The notes beneath the pieces are model-generated. The model ran no database searches and was not told the DNA's origin. It was given only the letters and a program-made list of their open reading frames with translations. A DNA stretch of 64,000 bases from the NCBI RefSeq assembly GCF_009914755.1, contig NC_060938.1. One strand, given 5' to 3'. How positions within the stretch are numbered: position 1 is the stretch's first letter; the number at the start of each line of letters is the position of its first letter. The translations under genes and the position numbers were made by a program. Below, piece by piece: positions 61,839 to 64,000 of the stretch. This stretch comes from the human T2T-CHM13v2.0 reference genome, Homo sapiens.

Positions 61839-64000
61839 ACTTCCTTTTTTATATACTGAAAATTTTTCAGAATTAAAAATAGCTTGGAGGAATGAGGCTA
61901 GGAATTTATTATGGAGAATATTTTAACAGCTGCTCATATATCCTCTGTTGGTTATAGTAGAGTTTTTTTTTTTTAAATAGGTGATTTTTTCCATCACAAC
62001 TTATAAACAAACTTTAGTTGCAAATTGATTTTACTTTGCTTCTTGAACCTGGTGTAGATTAGTAATAACGTAATCTTTATATGTTTTGTCTTTAATGTAA
62101 TGTTAGCATTTGGATTAAGAAACCCAATTTATCTGATTGTCTACTGTAAAATCATCCCACTAGTTTTAATGTGAATATATAATTTTTGACTGAAAACAAA
62201 TTCTTGATATCAAATCTTTAAGGTAAGGACAGAAATTAGTATTTTATTAGTCTTAATCCTTTGTCCTAAAAAAGAAGTATAAATATGTTGCATCTTTACA
62301 GAAATCTTCTCCTATTATATGTAGATATGTTTTAATTGTTTGAAACATTAAAACATCTAATTTTTGCTGAAGAATATGCAAATGTGCCACTAAATCTGTT
62401 TTTTAAGATTTTTCCAGTTTAATGTCTGAATCCAAATTCATAAAGAGTTGGAAAAATGAGATGTCTGAGCTATAGGATTCACAGGGATTTCATATGAAGC
62501 CTATTTAATCAGGATAACACTGTTATTAATATTCATAATGTCAGCTGGAACACAAATGACAGACTATGGGGCCTAAAAATTTTACTTGGTGAATTTATTA
62601 AAAGTAGCTTAAAAAATTAATGGAATTTAAGTAAAGTTGGTGAATATGAAAATCTTGTGTTAGCAGAAAAAAAATTCTCTATTAGAACTTTCCTTTAAGA
62701 CCATTTTGCATTGATGTCTTTTGACAGATTTCATTGGTACTTAAAGAAGAAAGATGCATGAATGGTCATTTAAGAGGATTTAAACACATTGGCACATTAA
62801 TTTTTACATGAATAATAAGTACTTTCCAAAAGCAATTAACTTACAGTGTACAAGATATGAATTGAAAAATAAGACTGTGACATCAAGGGCAAAGCAAATG
62901 TGCTGTACATTTTAAACTTAGTGACAGGACTTTTTAATATTTTGATTTATTTTATTTTTATGGTTTGTGCTGGTTATGACTTAGAATGTGGTTATTTTAA
63001 TGCATTTAAAAGCAAATTTAAAGGACATTAATTTATTACTCTCTTCGTCTCCAAAAATATTGGTGTAGTGTTAAGCATTATCTTCTGCCAAGGACCATTT
63101 GCATTTTTTGAAGAAGTAAACATTTATTGTGCTAATTGCAATATTTTATCAGAGAAGATGTTCAAATTACAGAAAGGCAATGGGATGATACTGTTTGGGT
63201 TTAAGGCTACTAATACATATTTTTAACACAGGCTTTTTGGTTATAGCATAACTTAAGAGTATAATAAATAAGCTTCTGAAAGTTAGTTGTGAAAAGTTAA
63301 GGACCACTTGAGTAGTTAGTATATAAGTACATTTGTCCTGAATTTTAGCCTAAGAAGGTAAAATGTTGGGAATGACCTAAAACAGGATGCATTTTTGTGT
63401 AGTACTTGTTAGTCTTTACATTTTGAAATATGCCTATAATGACAGTTATGATAGTACTCAGGTTTTTGTTTTGGTTATTGAAGTTTATTAAAAAATTAAT
63501 TTTAGATCATTATTTAAAGTCATAACAGTATTGAATATTTTGTTTTACATTTTCCATGCATATTTTACTACATATAAAAGCATAGTTTAGTTATTATCCA
63601 TAACAGCCAAGTTACGCTTTGCCATTAAGAGAACAGAGGTGTTGACTGGCAGTCTCGTTGGGTACTAGAAGTTTCACTTGCAGTCTGCCATAAGCATTAT
63701 TTTATTTCATTAAAAGTGTAGAAATCACCTATATGAAATAGATGTAGTTTGGGACTCAGAGCTTTATTGGACAAATCATTAATTATCTCAGTGTCCATAA
63801 ATTATCATAATATAGGTATTAATTTAGATTTTTGTTATAAGTCATGGAATCAAATTGGTATATTGGTTATTTTGTCTAGAGGCTTTCTAAAACTTGGGTT
63901 TTGTGGAATTTTTTTGTTTGGCTCTGAGTTATTCCCTTAAATGCCCAGGAGAGGGCAGCATTTTACTACATCAGTCTTACAAAAGAATTTGCCCTGCTTA

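Overview
Primate, very probably human, genomic DNA made mostly of interspersed repeats. It holds about 40 Alu/FLAM copies, a full-length L1PA6/7 (5188-11385), a 3'-deleted older L1MA-type element (about 28570-35313), two full-length THE1 proviruses in opposite orientation, solo LTRs (LTR13, LTR8, MER21, MER31, MSTA, MLT1/2), an HSMAR2 fragment and a U6 snRNA retrocopy. The only clear host-gene feature is a CpG-island promoter (about 14900-15980) with a + strand first exon ending at a donor at 15533/15534. Everything to its right looks like one long first intron (over 48 kb) with no recognisable host coding exon. From memory the exon-1 sequence resembles the MIPOL1 5'UTR (14q13); this is recall and needs BLAT confirmation. 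Nearly all ORFs in the track come from repeats. I found no support for a new multi-gene system. The best leads are an open, extended antisense ORF0 in an otherwise dead L1, a templated patchwork insertion in its 5'UTR, a sense THE1 LTR with an intact splice donor, candidate cryptic exons and recursive-splice-like sites, a convergent CTCF motif pair, a perfect 59-bp tandem duplication and an old Alu-junction duplication. Repeat subfamily names are assigned by eye and many boundaries are approximate.
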